NCBI GenBank assembly: GCA_965153355.1
Contig: OZ231126.1
Location: 41,416,001-41,480,000, forward strand
DNA from: Flaccisagitta enflata
Taxonomy: Eukaryota
Length of the DNA stretch: 64,000 bases
Reading direction: 5' to 3'
In this document: positions 52,035 to 64,000 of the stretch, one piece after another
Position numbering within the stretch: position 1 is the stretch's first letter
Layout: the number at the start of each line of letters is the position of its first letter
Notes under the pieces: model-generated
What the model saw: the letters and a program-made list of their open reading frames with translations, nothing else
Told to the model about the DNA's origin: nothing
Database searches by the model: none
Program-made: the position numbers and the translations under genes

Positions 52035-52486
52035 TTCCTCCATCCCTCTTCCCCGTATATATTTTTCCTTGCCGTGACTTGATATCCTTTTCTCCACTTT
52101 TTTAGGTAGCCTACCATATCTTTAAGATGGTCTATCACTCCTTCTCTATATGCGTCGGTTTCAATTCCATGCAAATCCGAGCACGTGTAGCCGTTTTTGT
52201 AAAGCAGAAAGTGGAGAATTAAAATGTCCATTCCTTAGCCCTTTGAATGAAAACACAATTCGGATCATAAAATGCTGAGAGCGCATCGTTGGCTAGCCGG
52301 GCTTCTTTTCACAAATATTCAGGATGATGGAGATAACTCAATTCCCTTTCACAATGTGTCCACTTATAAATGGTATGGGTTTAAGGGACATAGCTTGAGG
52401 ACGATATATCTTAGACTTTGCGACGAAATCTACAACATGATGGGAGGATGGAAAGGATTTGGGAGGTAAATCTAGTCATTTAGCCA

Positions 52487-52592
<106 letters not shown>

Positions 52593-53422
52593 ACAGAGAG
52601 ACAGAGACAGAGTCAGAGACAGACAGAGATGGAGGGAGTGTACGTGTGTGTTTATTTCAACTACCATCTTCACAATAGAAATCTTTACACATGTTTTAAC
52701 TGATATCACTGGTTATATCAGCCCGATCTTTAAAAAATTGGTGGTCCTTCAAATTTTCAAGCGATCTACGCAAACCGCATCTCTCTTACTCAATGCGTTC
52801 AAAAGTTATTCAACTTTGAATGAAATATTTCAATTTCACGTTTACCATTTTTCTACTATCTTCAAATGATATAATTCTACTCCTTATTGAATTACTTCTA
52901 TACACATTGAGCTAGACAGATGCGGTTTGCGTAGACTGCTTGCAAATTCGAAGAGCTTCATTTATGTCACCAATTTTTCATTGATTCGTTGAGTCTTTCT
53001 GGAGCTAAGTCTAAATGTAGTGAAGAAAGGGGATCAAAAAAGTGGCGAGAATGGTCTGGAAGGCCATCATCCCAAAATACCTCAAATAGCGCTTTAAAAC
53101 ACTTTCCAGACAAATGGCGGCTGTAATTCAGTTAAATGGGGCTCACACTTGATATTGATGGCTCCACGATCGATTTGTATCCATTTTCACATCAATAAAT
53201 GAACTTATTTTCAAAGTGTAAAGATTTCTATTGTGAAAATACTATCTTGTTCAAATCAAGAGTCCGCGCGATGACATTAAGTCCCCCTTTGGTATCAGAT
53301 CGATAGAAAACTCTAATTTTTTGTGATGAATGTTTATTTAAGCATCTTTGGGTATTCAACGTGTTTCATATAACCTTTTCTATGTTATCAGAGAGCTTAA
53401 TAACTTATTTCAGTGTTACCTA

Positions 53423-54025
53423 ACAGTGGCAAAATAAAAAACTAGACGCTCATTATTTATCAATAACTTTCAAACTACTTATACTTTTTGCTCAAAATCC
53501 ATGAGCATATAAAAGAGCTTCAAAAACTCTACAAATCTAGACCAAGCAGAAATTTTTAGCTTAATTCGTTTAGAAATGACATAAGTTTGAAGTTCAGTAC
53601 TCAAATTCCTGATTGATAAATAGAGCAGATTTCAGCGCCAGAAAACATGACATGTTTTGTCTTACATATTCTGTAAAATGCAAAAATGCAATAAACGATA
53701 CAAAATCAAAGGTGAAAATGAAGTTTTTTTTATTCTCTTCAAGATGGAATCAAGCAGAATTCGTGATTTTGCTTCGTTTACAAGCTGTATCAATACAAAG
53801 TTGGTTACTGTAAAAAAGATGGAAGCAAGATTTGAGTTTTTTGAGTAGTTATCTTTAAATCATCATAACTTCTAAAGTTTTGAAGCTAGAATGATTGGAA
53901 GGAGCTCAAATGAAAGATTTTTTGAAGATCTTTAAAACCGTCATGGATTATAAGGTTCTAGCATTTTTTATTATGACGCAATCAACAGTCAAAAAATCGC
54001 GTCTAGTTTTTTTCTTTGCCACTGT
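53423..54025. mobile_element. TA-flanked MITE
   Basis: TA|ACAGTGGCAAAATAAAAAACTAGACGC ... GCGTCTAGTTTTTTTCTTTGCCACTGT|TA. Confidence 0.85.
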
Positions 54026-54751
54026 TATCAATTAATTTCAGGAGCAATTTTGACCACTTTCTTGTTTTGAGAGGTATGCACTCAATTTGATGTAAAATCT
54101 AAACGGCTAGAGCTAGTAAGCTCTGCTTGGCGGCATTTGAAAGCCCTTTTGAAGCTCTTTACATCGGTCACCAATTTTCCTATGTTTCTGTAACTGATAA
54201 GTGCAGAAACATAAAAAATACATGCCTGAATTTCGAAAAGAAATTCTTGTCTAATTCATCAGCATAGTTTAAGGTGAACTCTTTTACTCTTTTTGCTCTA
54301 AAATTCAAACGAATTGAGCTACAATGCTCTGCTTGGCGGCATTTGATCGCATTTTTGAAGAGCTTTCTAACGGTCACCGGTTTTCCTAGGGTTTTCTTCA
54401 CCATTTGGGTGAAATATGACAAAAACTACCGGACTCTTGTTTTGAACAAGGTAGTAGTATTCCATCATGGCTTCTTCTTGTGCACCAGAATTCTTTCTGA
54501 AGAGGTGTGGTTTATCTTAAAAAGCATCGCCATTTTTGAAATGTATAAAATGAGAAAAAACATCAATATAGCCTTTCACAAGATGTGTCACTATTAAACT
54601 CATGTAACCAGTTTTCGATAATGACGACGGCTATTATGCTTTTATAAATCTCCGCTGCTTTGACCTTTAAATGTCTTAGAATCATCTATGTTCATGAATG
54701 CAATCTCACTCATTTTTTAGTTGCGGACACGCAACTATATAACTGGCGCCC

Positions 54752-55343
54752 ATTGGACCCCTGTTGGACCTTTGTAAATAACACGCGTTGGACCTTTGTA
54801 AATGACGCCCATTGGACCTTCATAAATGACGCCCATTGGACCTTCGTAAATGACGCTCGTTGGACCTTTGTAAATGACGCCCGTTGGACCTTCGAAAATG
54901 ACGCCCGTTGGGCCTTGGTAAATGACGCCCGTTGGACCTTTGTAAAGGACGCCCGTTGGACCTTCGTAAATGACGCCTGTTGGACCTTCGTAAATGACGC
55001 CCGTTGGACCTTCGTAAATGACGCCCGTTGGACCTTGGTAAATGACGCCTGTTGGACCTTGGTAAATGATGCCAGTTGGACCTTGGTAAATGACGCCCGT
55101 TGGACCTTTGTAAATGAGGCCTGTTGGATCTTTGTAAATGAGGCATGTTGGACATCGTAAATGACGCCCGTTGGACCTTTGTAAATGATGCCCGTTGAAC
55201 CTTTGTAAATGACGCCCATTGGACCTTTGTAAATGACGCCCATTGGACCTTCGTAAATGAGGCCTGTTGGACCTTCGTGAATGACGCCTGTTGGACCTTT
55301 GTAAATGACGCCCATTGGACCTTTGTAAATGACACCCGTTGGA
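54752..55343. repeat. 24-bp minisatellite
   Basis: About 24 copies of TTGGACCTTTGTAAATGACGCCCG. Confidence 0.95.
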
Positions 55344-55921
55344 CTAGTTGAAACAACATTGCCCCAACAAGAGGAGGCCAGAATTCTCCAATTCACAAAG
55401 GATGAAAGCCTTGCAAGCTTTCAATGGTGTTTACTCCGGATTGCTCACAACTATCCTTTACTATTGAAAAACAAAATAAAATACCTGACAAAACTATCAG
55501 CTTGACTGCATACCTCATTAGTATAGGGTTTGACAGACCTATACACAAAATATGTGACAAATAACAATCAAAGATTACTAATGTACTGGTGGAAGTACTG
55601 GCACTAGCAATATTGATTAAAAAACCATACCCTTAGAGGCAAGAATCGAGGTACAACCATTTGGGACCGCCGGCATTCTCTACCAAGGTACTAATACTTA
55701 TGAAAGTTGAAACAACATTGCCCTTACAAAAGGAGGCCAGAATTCTCCAATTCTTATAGTATGCAAGCTTTCAATGGTATTTAATGGTATTCAACGGTAT
55801 TTAACGGTATTCAATGGTATTTAACACTCTTATCGTCTCCTTATCCTCATTGTGTTCCACGATAGTGGAACACTAAAGTTTCAGAATTTCTCCGTACGTA
55901 CGTACGTACGTACATACGTGC

Positions 55922-56770
55922 GTATGTCACACAGCCCAGAATTCTCCGATGTATGTCACACAACCCAGTTTTTTCCGATGTATGTCACACAGCCCAGAAT
56001 TCTCCGATGTATGTCACACCACCCAGTTTTCTCCAATGTATGTCACACAGCCCAGAATTCTCCAATGTATGTCACACTACCCAGTTTTCTCCAATATATG
56101 TCACACAGTCCAGAATTCTCCGATGTATGTCACACAGCCCTAGAATTCTCCGATGAATGTCACACAACCCAGTTTTCTCCGATGTATGTCACACAGCCCA
56201 GAATTCACCGATGTATGTCACACTACCCAGTTTTCTCCAATGTATGTCACACAGCCCAGAATTCTCCAATGTATGTCACACCACCCAGTTTTCTCCGATG
56301 TATGTCACACCACCCAGTTTTCTCCGATGTATGTCACACAGCCCAGTTTTCTCCAATGTATGTCACACAGCCCAGAATTCTCCAATGTATGTCACACCAC
56401 CCAGTTTTTTCCGGTGTATGTCACACAGCCCAGAATTCTCCGATGTATGTCACACAGCCCAGAATTCTCCGATGTATGTCACACAACCCAGTTTTCTCCG
56501 ATATATGTCACAGCCCAGAACTCTGATGTATGTCTAATCACCCAGTTTTCTCCAATGTATGTCACACAGCCCAGAATTCTCCAATGTATGTAACACAACC
56601 TAGTTTTCTCCGATATATGTCACACAGCCCAAAATTCTCTGATGTATGTCACATCACCCAGTTTTCTCATATGTATGTCACACAGCCCAGAATTCTCCAA
56701 TGTATGTTGCACAATCCAGTTTTCTCCAATGTATGTCACACAGTCCAGAATTCTCCGATGTATGTCACCA
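55922..56770. repeat. 29-bp minisatellite with two unit types; further blocks at ~58206-58354, ~58677-58910, ~59257-59390
   Basis: TGTATGTCACACAGCCCAGAATTCTCCGA largely alternates with TGTATGTCACACCACCCAGTTTTCTCCAA. Confidence 0.95.
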
Positions 56771-57417
56771 GACATGTCACGATACTATCGACTGGACGAT
56801 TAATCTGGTTGATTTTTCTAAATTTCTGAATAATATTCCTGATTCACCAAAACACTTATGTATCGGGTCGATTTTTTGTCTTTTTTTCCGGCACAAAGGA
56901 ACTTAGCTCAAATTTAGTAATGAGACTGATCTCTGGGTTTGAAATAAAAAATAATCTTATAAAATTGAATACTTTTGATATTGAATAGATAAAAACGGAA
57001 TTATGAACAAATTGAGAAAAATTGTAGCACACTGGAAAATGCAAGATTTCACTCAATTATGCAAATTAGAAAAACGCACGGGCGTGCATGGCTACTCAAA
57101 GCAGAATTTCATCATGTAGGGATTACATCAAAGCCTTTTTTTAGTGCGACCTTCTGTTGGTTGGATGGTTTGTTGGTTGGTTGGTTGGTTGGTCAGTTGG
57201 TCAGTCTAACGTTTGAACTGCACAAAATGGCTGATTCTGACATCAAACTATCTTTTATCAAAATGTTCCCCATTTCAAGTATGCTCTTGAACACTGGGTA
57301 GAAAAGTACTTTCTGACTTGTTTGCGAAGTGATGGGAACTATTTTTGTTTTTGCCAAAATTAAAGTGGTTCTTTACAAAGCAAAATTGAAATATTTCATA
57401 TATCTTATGTTGTGATA

Positions 57418-58060
57418 ACGGGTGGTCAAAAAAAAAGTGACTTTTTCATTTTCTCATATCTTTTGTAAAAAGATGTTTAGGATAAAATTTCTTTTTTTGC
57501 TAATAAGATATAGTGCAGGAAAATTTTTTCCATTATTATGATTTTTTCACATTTTATGTACATGTCAAATTATTTACAAAAAACTGATTTTAATTTTGGA
57601 CCACCTTGATTTTTACCAAAAATTTTCTGCTAAAAAATAGAAATTTTTTTATAGATTCATTATCTATAGTTAAGGACGACTCAAAAACTTATAAAAAACC
57701 GGAGAAAAATTATAACAATACAAATATATACAAAAAAAAAGATACTTCTAAAAAACATCAATTTCTTTTCTTTTTAAATCTCTTAAACCAAAGCTTGGAG
57801 GCTTATAAATAATTGTATTTATTTCAGACGGGACCTAATAAACATGATTGTTTCTTAAAAACCATTGATTATCTACGTTATAACTGATTTATGCAAACAT
57901 TTCATTTTTTTGTATTTATATACTTATTTTTTTTACAAAACCGAAAAAAATTAAATTTTTTCATACATTTTATTTCATTTTCAAAATACAAAGTCATAAA
58001 AAAATTTTCAAACTTATTGGAAAAAATTCTAGCTTAGTCACTTTTTTTTTGACCACCCGT
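57418..58060. mobile_element. TA-flanked MITE (ACGGGTGG family) nested in the large HINE
   Basis: TA|ACGGGTGGTCAAAAAAAAAGTGACT ... AGTCACTTTTTTTTTGACCACCCGT|TA. Confidence 0.88.
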
Positions 58061-59465
58061 TACCGAGAGCAGCATTTGTAAATGGGAAAAGGGCTAACTG
58101 ACAAAAAATTGACCTATGGTCCATACTGAGTCGATACTTTGTTTGGGATCGACCATGATTCGATCGACCCGGTCGATACTGTAAAAAGGAAAATCGTGAC
58201 ACCTCTGTATGTCACACAACCCAGTTTTCTCCAATGTATGTCCAACAGCCCAGAATTCTCCAATGTATGTCACACCACCTAGTTTTCTCCAATGTATGTC
58301 ACACAGCCCAGAATTCTCCAATGTATGTCAGACCACCTAGTTTTCGCCGATGTATTAAAGTTGAAACAACATTGCCTTTAGAAAAGGAGGCCAGAATTCT
58401 CCAATTTACAAAGGATGAAAGCCTTGCAAGCTTTCAATGGTGTTTACTCCGGATTGCTCACAACTATCCTTTACAATTAACAAAAGAAATGCTTACCTGA
58501 AAAAACTATTAGCTTGACTGCATACCTCATTAGTATAAGTTCGAACAGGCCTATACCATTTAGTATACACAAAATCTCTTAAAAAAGTAACAATCAAACA
58601 TTACTAATGTACTGGTGGAAGTACTGACACTAGCAATATTGATTAGAAAACCATACCCTTAGAGGCAAGAATTGAGGTATGTCACACAGCCCAGAATTCT
58701 CCGATATATGTCACATCACCTAGTTTTCTCCGATGTATGTCACACAGCCCGGAATTCTCCGATGTATGTCACACAGCCCCAAATTATCCCATGTATTTCA
58801 CACCACCCAGTTTTCTCCGATGTATGTCACACAGCCCAGAATTCTCCAATGTTTGTCACACCACCCAGTTTTCTCCAATGTATGTCACAGTTCAGAATTC
58901 TCTGATGTATGAAAGTTGGACAACATTACTACCCACTAATATCTTAAATAAGGACAAGAGCCTTTGGAGCTCTTACTGGTGTTTAATCCGGACCCATCAC
59001 AACTATCCTTTAAGTTTCTGAAAAAACATTCCCTCTTCAGAAATTATCATAGGACTTGTCAAAATTTATGCAACATTTAGAAAAGGGTAATCAATTTCTC
59101 TCTATACATGAGATTTGCAGACCACAAGAAAACACTTGATAAATATGGCGGCACGAAAGAGACCATATCCATCTGGGCACCTTCTTATACTCCTCATATA
59201 CCAAAGATAGCAAGAAACTCAAATTCTCTTCCTCCTGAAACAACCCTCTCAAAAACACCACCCAGTTTTTCTCCAATGTATATCATACAGCCCTGTATTC
59301 TTTGATGTATGTCACACCACCCAGTTTGTTCCAATGTATGTCACACAGCCCTATATTCTCCAATGTATGTCTCACAACCCCACTTTCTCCACACACTTGC
59401 ACACACATACACTTACACACACACACACACACACACACACACGCGCGCGCGCGCACACACACACA

Positions 59466-59670
59466 GGTGGCAGTGGGACTGCCCACAGGCCACAGTGGGA
59501 CCGCCCAAAGGCGGCAATGGGACCACCCACAGGTTGCAGTGGGACCACCCACAAGTGGCAATAGGGCCGCCCACAGGCGGCAGTGGGACCGCCCACAGGC
59601 GGCAGTGAGGCCGCCCATAGGCGGCAGTGAGGTCGCCCATGGATGGTAGTTAGGCCGCCCACAGGCGGCC
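59466..59670. repeat. 22-bp GC-rich minisatellite
   Basis: About 9 copies of GGCGGCAGTGGGACCGCCCACA. Confidence 0.9.
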
Positions 59671-60104
59671 ATTATCTACTACACAGATTTGTCTGGTTAT
59701 TATTATTAGATTTGTTTTATGAATTATTGCCTTTCTTTTTCACGCCAAATTAAGTTTTCGTGGAACACAATATGGCGAACGCCACTCGTTCATCTTCTTT
59801 TTACGACACGACCCCATAACACGCGAGGACGGACGGAGTATCTCAGCCTAAATGATCTCCTTCCATTTTGGGATCCTCGCGAATCTGTGCCGGCTTTATG
59901 ATTAAATGCGTCTTGCCAGATGACTTTTAAAATCTGCTTTCAAATTCTGACTTTTTTTTTTGGTAAAGCATCTTATTTTCTTGATTTACAATCTCTGCCA
60001 GGACGCCCGCTTGTTTGCTTGTTTGTTTGGCATATTTAGATGTCATGTGAATTTTGTTTTCCAAAGATGCAAATTGCGATATTGGCCCATCATTGTTTGG
60101 CAAA

Positions 60105-60955
<851 letters not shown>

Positions 60956-61273
60956 GGATGTGAAACTGTAAGTATGATGTAATCTTAATGAATATATCCA
61001 CTTGATAGACATTAAACTTTTTTACCGCACTGCACTAACTGACAGTGAGTTTTGAAAACAAGCTGATCTTCAGTCACTTCGCTCTTCTTACATGAGACGG
61101 TCCTGGTGAAGCCATTTTTAAGGCTCTCGTGGGACTGTTAAGCTTATCCAGGCAGCATAACCGACCACGGATGTCGAAGCTTCACATTTTCAAAGGGAAA
61201 CGGGAAAAAAGAAGAAGGCCATGATGAGCGTGACTTTCCAAGTTAACCTATAGAAACCGTAGTGGATTGAGAG

Positions 61274-61405
61274 AAACAAGGCCAAGTAGGCCAATAGGTG
61301 CGACAGTGTGGATCGTCGAACGAATGCGTTACCAACAGACCAACAGACCAACCGACCGACCAACGGACACAGCCAGTTATAGAGGTGCTTTGTCGCACCT
61401 AAAAA
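61274..61405 (-). mobile_element. HINE-like short element (AGGTGCGAC subfamily)
   Basis: AACAAGGCCAAGTAGGCC, AGGTGCGAC, (GACC)n tract, AGGTGCTTTGTCGCACCTAAAAA. Confidence 0.8.
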
Positions 61406-61878
61406 GGACCGACGTATTGTCTTTAGAATATGAGGAGGTATGTCTTTATTTGGCGTGCTATTGTGCATATATGCTTGTGTGTTTGTTCGACATGAGAAAA
61501 TTCGTTTGCGCATGAAAACAAGGCTGCGAGCGAGGACGTGGGTTTTTTTAGCGTGCTCATATGTGTGCTGCACAGTGTGCATGTGGGTTTGCATGTACTT
61601 CTGCGTGTGCGTGAGCGTTACAACGAGGATGTTTGTTTGAGAACATTTACGTTTACGAGGGGCGTAATTTTCGTATGAATTTTGGCAATGGCAACGGAAA
61701 CGGCAAAAAGAAAAAAAAACACAAAAAAAACGAAAAAGAAACAAACAAACAAAAACAAAGGTAATTCGATGCGTCATCCGTCGTTATTGCGGTCAAAGGG
61801 CGGCCTTACGAACATCTTATATTTGGATTCCACTCTGGAGGGACGGATGGACAGAGGGACATTTGCCTGGAGGAAATA

Positions 61879-62693
61879 CCGGGTCATCAGCCTGAGATGC
61901 CGGATAATGTTAAGCTTTTACTCTGAGATGCCAAATGTCACGGATTTCAAACTGATTGTCTCTTATAGAGTATAGGTTGACGTTTTTTGTATCAAAGTTT
62001 CATAAAAATCAGTCAAGTAGTTTAGATTTTACATGTATTTAAGTAAAAAACTTCCTTTTTGCCACTTCTGTTTTTTTCATGGGAAAATGGAGGAACACTC
62101 TTTTTTCCCATTTTCTCATTTTGCAATATTTTGAGCCAGAATCATGAGATTAGTCCTAAATAAAAGATGATTTGACAAATTTTTAGTCGCGTGCTACGCG
62201 ACTCTACACCCCGCTTTGTCGGTCCGTCCGTCCGTCCGTCGGTCCGTCGGTCCGTCACACTTTACTGTCACACTTTACTTTTTCGGCGTTAATGGGGTTT
62301 TTGGCCTTACTGCTCCTGCCCAAATGCTCCGTTGACCTCAATTATGGCCCCTGCCCACCCGCACGCGACTGGGGTAGCCGTGTATCCGGCCTTGTTGAAA
62401 CTACATCCATTCTTTTTTCATACTAGACCATTCCAGCTCAAAAAGTTGAAAAAAGAGAGAAATTTAAAAATGCTCTCTCTCTTAATTTTTATTGAAAATT
62501 CTGCCATTGAGGGAAAATTAGTTTCTACTTCAAGGACTTGTAAAATCTAAACTACTTAACCAATTTGGATGATATCTTGATACAAAAAACGTCAATTTAT
62601 GCTCTTTAAGAGACAATCAGTATGATATCTAGGGTATATGACATCTCTGAGTAAAAGCTTAACAGAATCCGGCATCTCAGGCTGATGACCCTG
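61879..62693. mobile_element. TA-flanked MITE containing a nested HINE
   Basis: TA|CCGGGTCATCAGCCTGAGATGCCGGAT ... ATCCGGCATCTCAGGCTGATGACCCTG|TA; ~50-bp TIR. Confidence 0.88.
62180..62396 (+). mobile_element. HINE-like short element nested in the MITE
   Basis: Complete structure: T-run, AGTCGCGTGCTACGCGACT, (GTCC)n, GCACGCGACT, GCCGTGTATCCGGC, CTTGTT. Confidence 0.88.
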
Positions 62694-62846
62694 TAATGTA
62701 CGTAATTTGCATCACTACCAACCTCAAGCGTGAGGTATTCTTGGTGGCCGTGACTGATGCATGAACATGACACATGACACATGACACATGTTTTACGTAA
62801 AATATTCGGAATATCGTTTAGTGTTTAAATTCATAATTGAAAAAAA

Positions 62847-63088
62847 AAGGACGGATACACGGCCCATAAATAGTCGCTTGAAGTTGGGCAGGGGCAGTAA
62901 AGAAGGTGGTCAGGGGCAGTATGAGACAGGGCAGGTTCTGTTTTGTAATTTGGCAGGGGTAGTAAAGCCTAGAAATCACCATATCAGTCGATTTCGCATC
63001 ATCAAAAATTTTGGGTTATCAACCTACCGACATACCTACCTACCACGGTACACACTCTGTTATAGAGTCGCTTAGCAAGCGACTAAAT
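62847..63088 (-). mobile_element. HINE-like short element (AGTCGCTT subfamily)
   Basis: AAGGACGGATACACGGCC, TAGTCGCTTG subTIR, AGTCGCTTAGCAAGCGACTAAA end. Confidence 0.7.
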
Positions 63089-63490
63089 ACACTGGAATGA
63101 TTGGAACTTCCCATTAGAGTGGCAATGATGCTCAGAGTGACAGTGCAGAGCATCTGTTTTTCATTTATCAACCTCGTGACTGCGTTTTCTGATTCCTCAA
63201 TCTGTAGATATGTGGTCGTTATTCTTTGATGGTGGAGATCAAGGACGAATACACGGCTACCCAAGCGTCTGCGCGGGTTGGTTAGGGCAGTGACAAAAAA
63301 GCTTAGTATGTATTTGAGCAGGGGCAGAGAGGAGAGAGTAAAAGAGAGAGGATAAGCGAGAGGTCTGAAGGGCATCTGCACTTCACGCAGGGAACGTAAA
63401 ATGAGGTCAAATGACGTTTGGCTCAGCAAAGAAACGGAAATAAGTTCTCACTCCATATCTGGGAGAATAAAAAGCGCGAGAGAGAGAGAA

Positions 63491-63566
<76 letters not shown>

Positions 63567-63786
63567 ATAAAAGGAAACCAATCCGGCAAATATCCAAATT
63601 GAGATCTACGGAGTCCCCAAAGGTTAATCTCGCAAAGATTGTGAGATAGGAGATTGAAATCTCACGGGGGTTATCGTTTTACTAGAGTTTGGACGTTAAC
63701 GTTGAAGGGGGAAGAGGGGGGGGGAATGTCGTTAGGGGGGGAGTACTGGGGGTTGAGAAAGGAAAAGGCGTGGTTCATTCCTTCCT

Positions 63787-63879
<93 letters not shown>

Positions 63880-64000
63880 AGAGAAAGAGAAAGAGAGAAC
63901 GAAAAAAAAAAATATAAGGGACCGAGAGACTAAGAGAACGAGAGAGAGGGAAAATAAAGAAACTTTCATGAGGTCTAGATCTGTTTTTTAAGCTTCCCAG

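Larger units (their letters stand above)
55841..59790 (+). mobile_element. Large DINE-1/HINE-like element with internal minisatellite arrays
   Basis: 13-bp perfect subterminal IR ATTGTGTTCCACG (55849-55861) / CGTGGAACACAAT (59759-59771). 5' hairpin GTGTTCCAC-GATA-GTGGAACAC. (CGTA)n tract, then tandem arrays. 3' hairpin TGGCG-AA-CGCCA followed by TT. Confidence 0.75.

Noticed and set aside
54660-56829. Repeat-protein ORFs (WTFVNDAR)n and (MYVTQP...)n; superficial CRISPR-like periodicity
   Set aside because: These are head-to-tail minisatellites with no unique spacers and no cas genes; several frames are open at once, as expected for non-coding arrays.

Overview
Animal (probably invertebrate) genomic DNA dominated by microsatellites and non-autonomous DNA transposons. 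These include TA-flanked Tc1/mariner-type foldback MITEs, hAT-type elements with 8-bp TSDs, and about 20 DINE-1/HINE-like (Helentron-associated) elements, one of them a 3.9-kb copy filled with minisatellites. Almost all ORFs in the supplied track are simple-repeat artefacts. Two real protein-coding loci are visible. (1) An apparently intronless + strand locus at 19046-22890 encodes a type-I membrane protein: signal peptide, Ig-like/Cys-rich ectodomain, TM helix, COR-like region without a Roc GTPase, and a trypsin-like serine protease. The protease is split across two overlapping frames: the His motif is in frame 0 and the GYP and Ser motifs are in the -1 frame. An in-frame U_UUU_UUA heptamer lies in the overlap, so this is a programmed -1 frameshift, a pseudogenising indel or an assembly error. 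(2) A spliced - strand ciliary gene resembling CFAP90/C5orf49 lies at about 34466-36499, with a candidate RFX X-box promoter near 47.1 kb. All domain calls come from motif recognition by eye; no searches were run.
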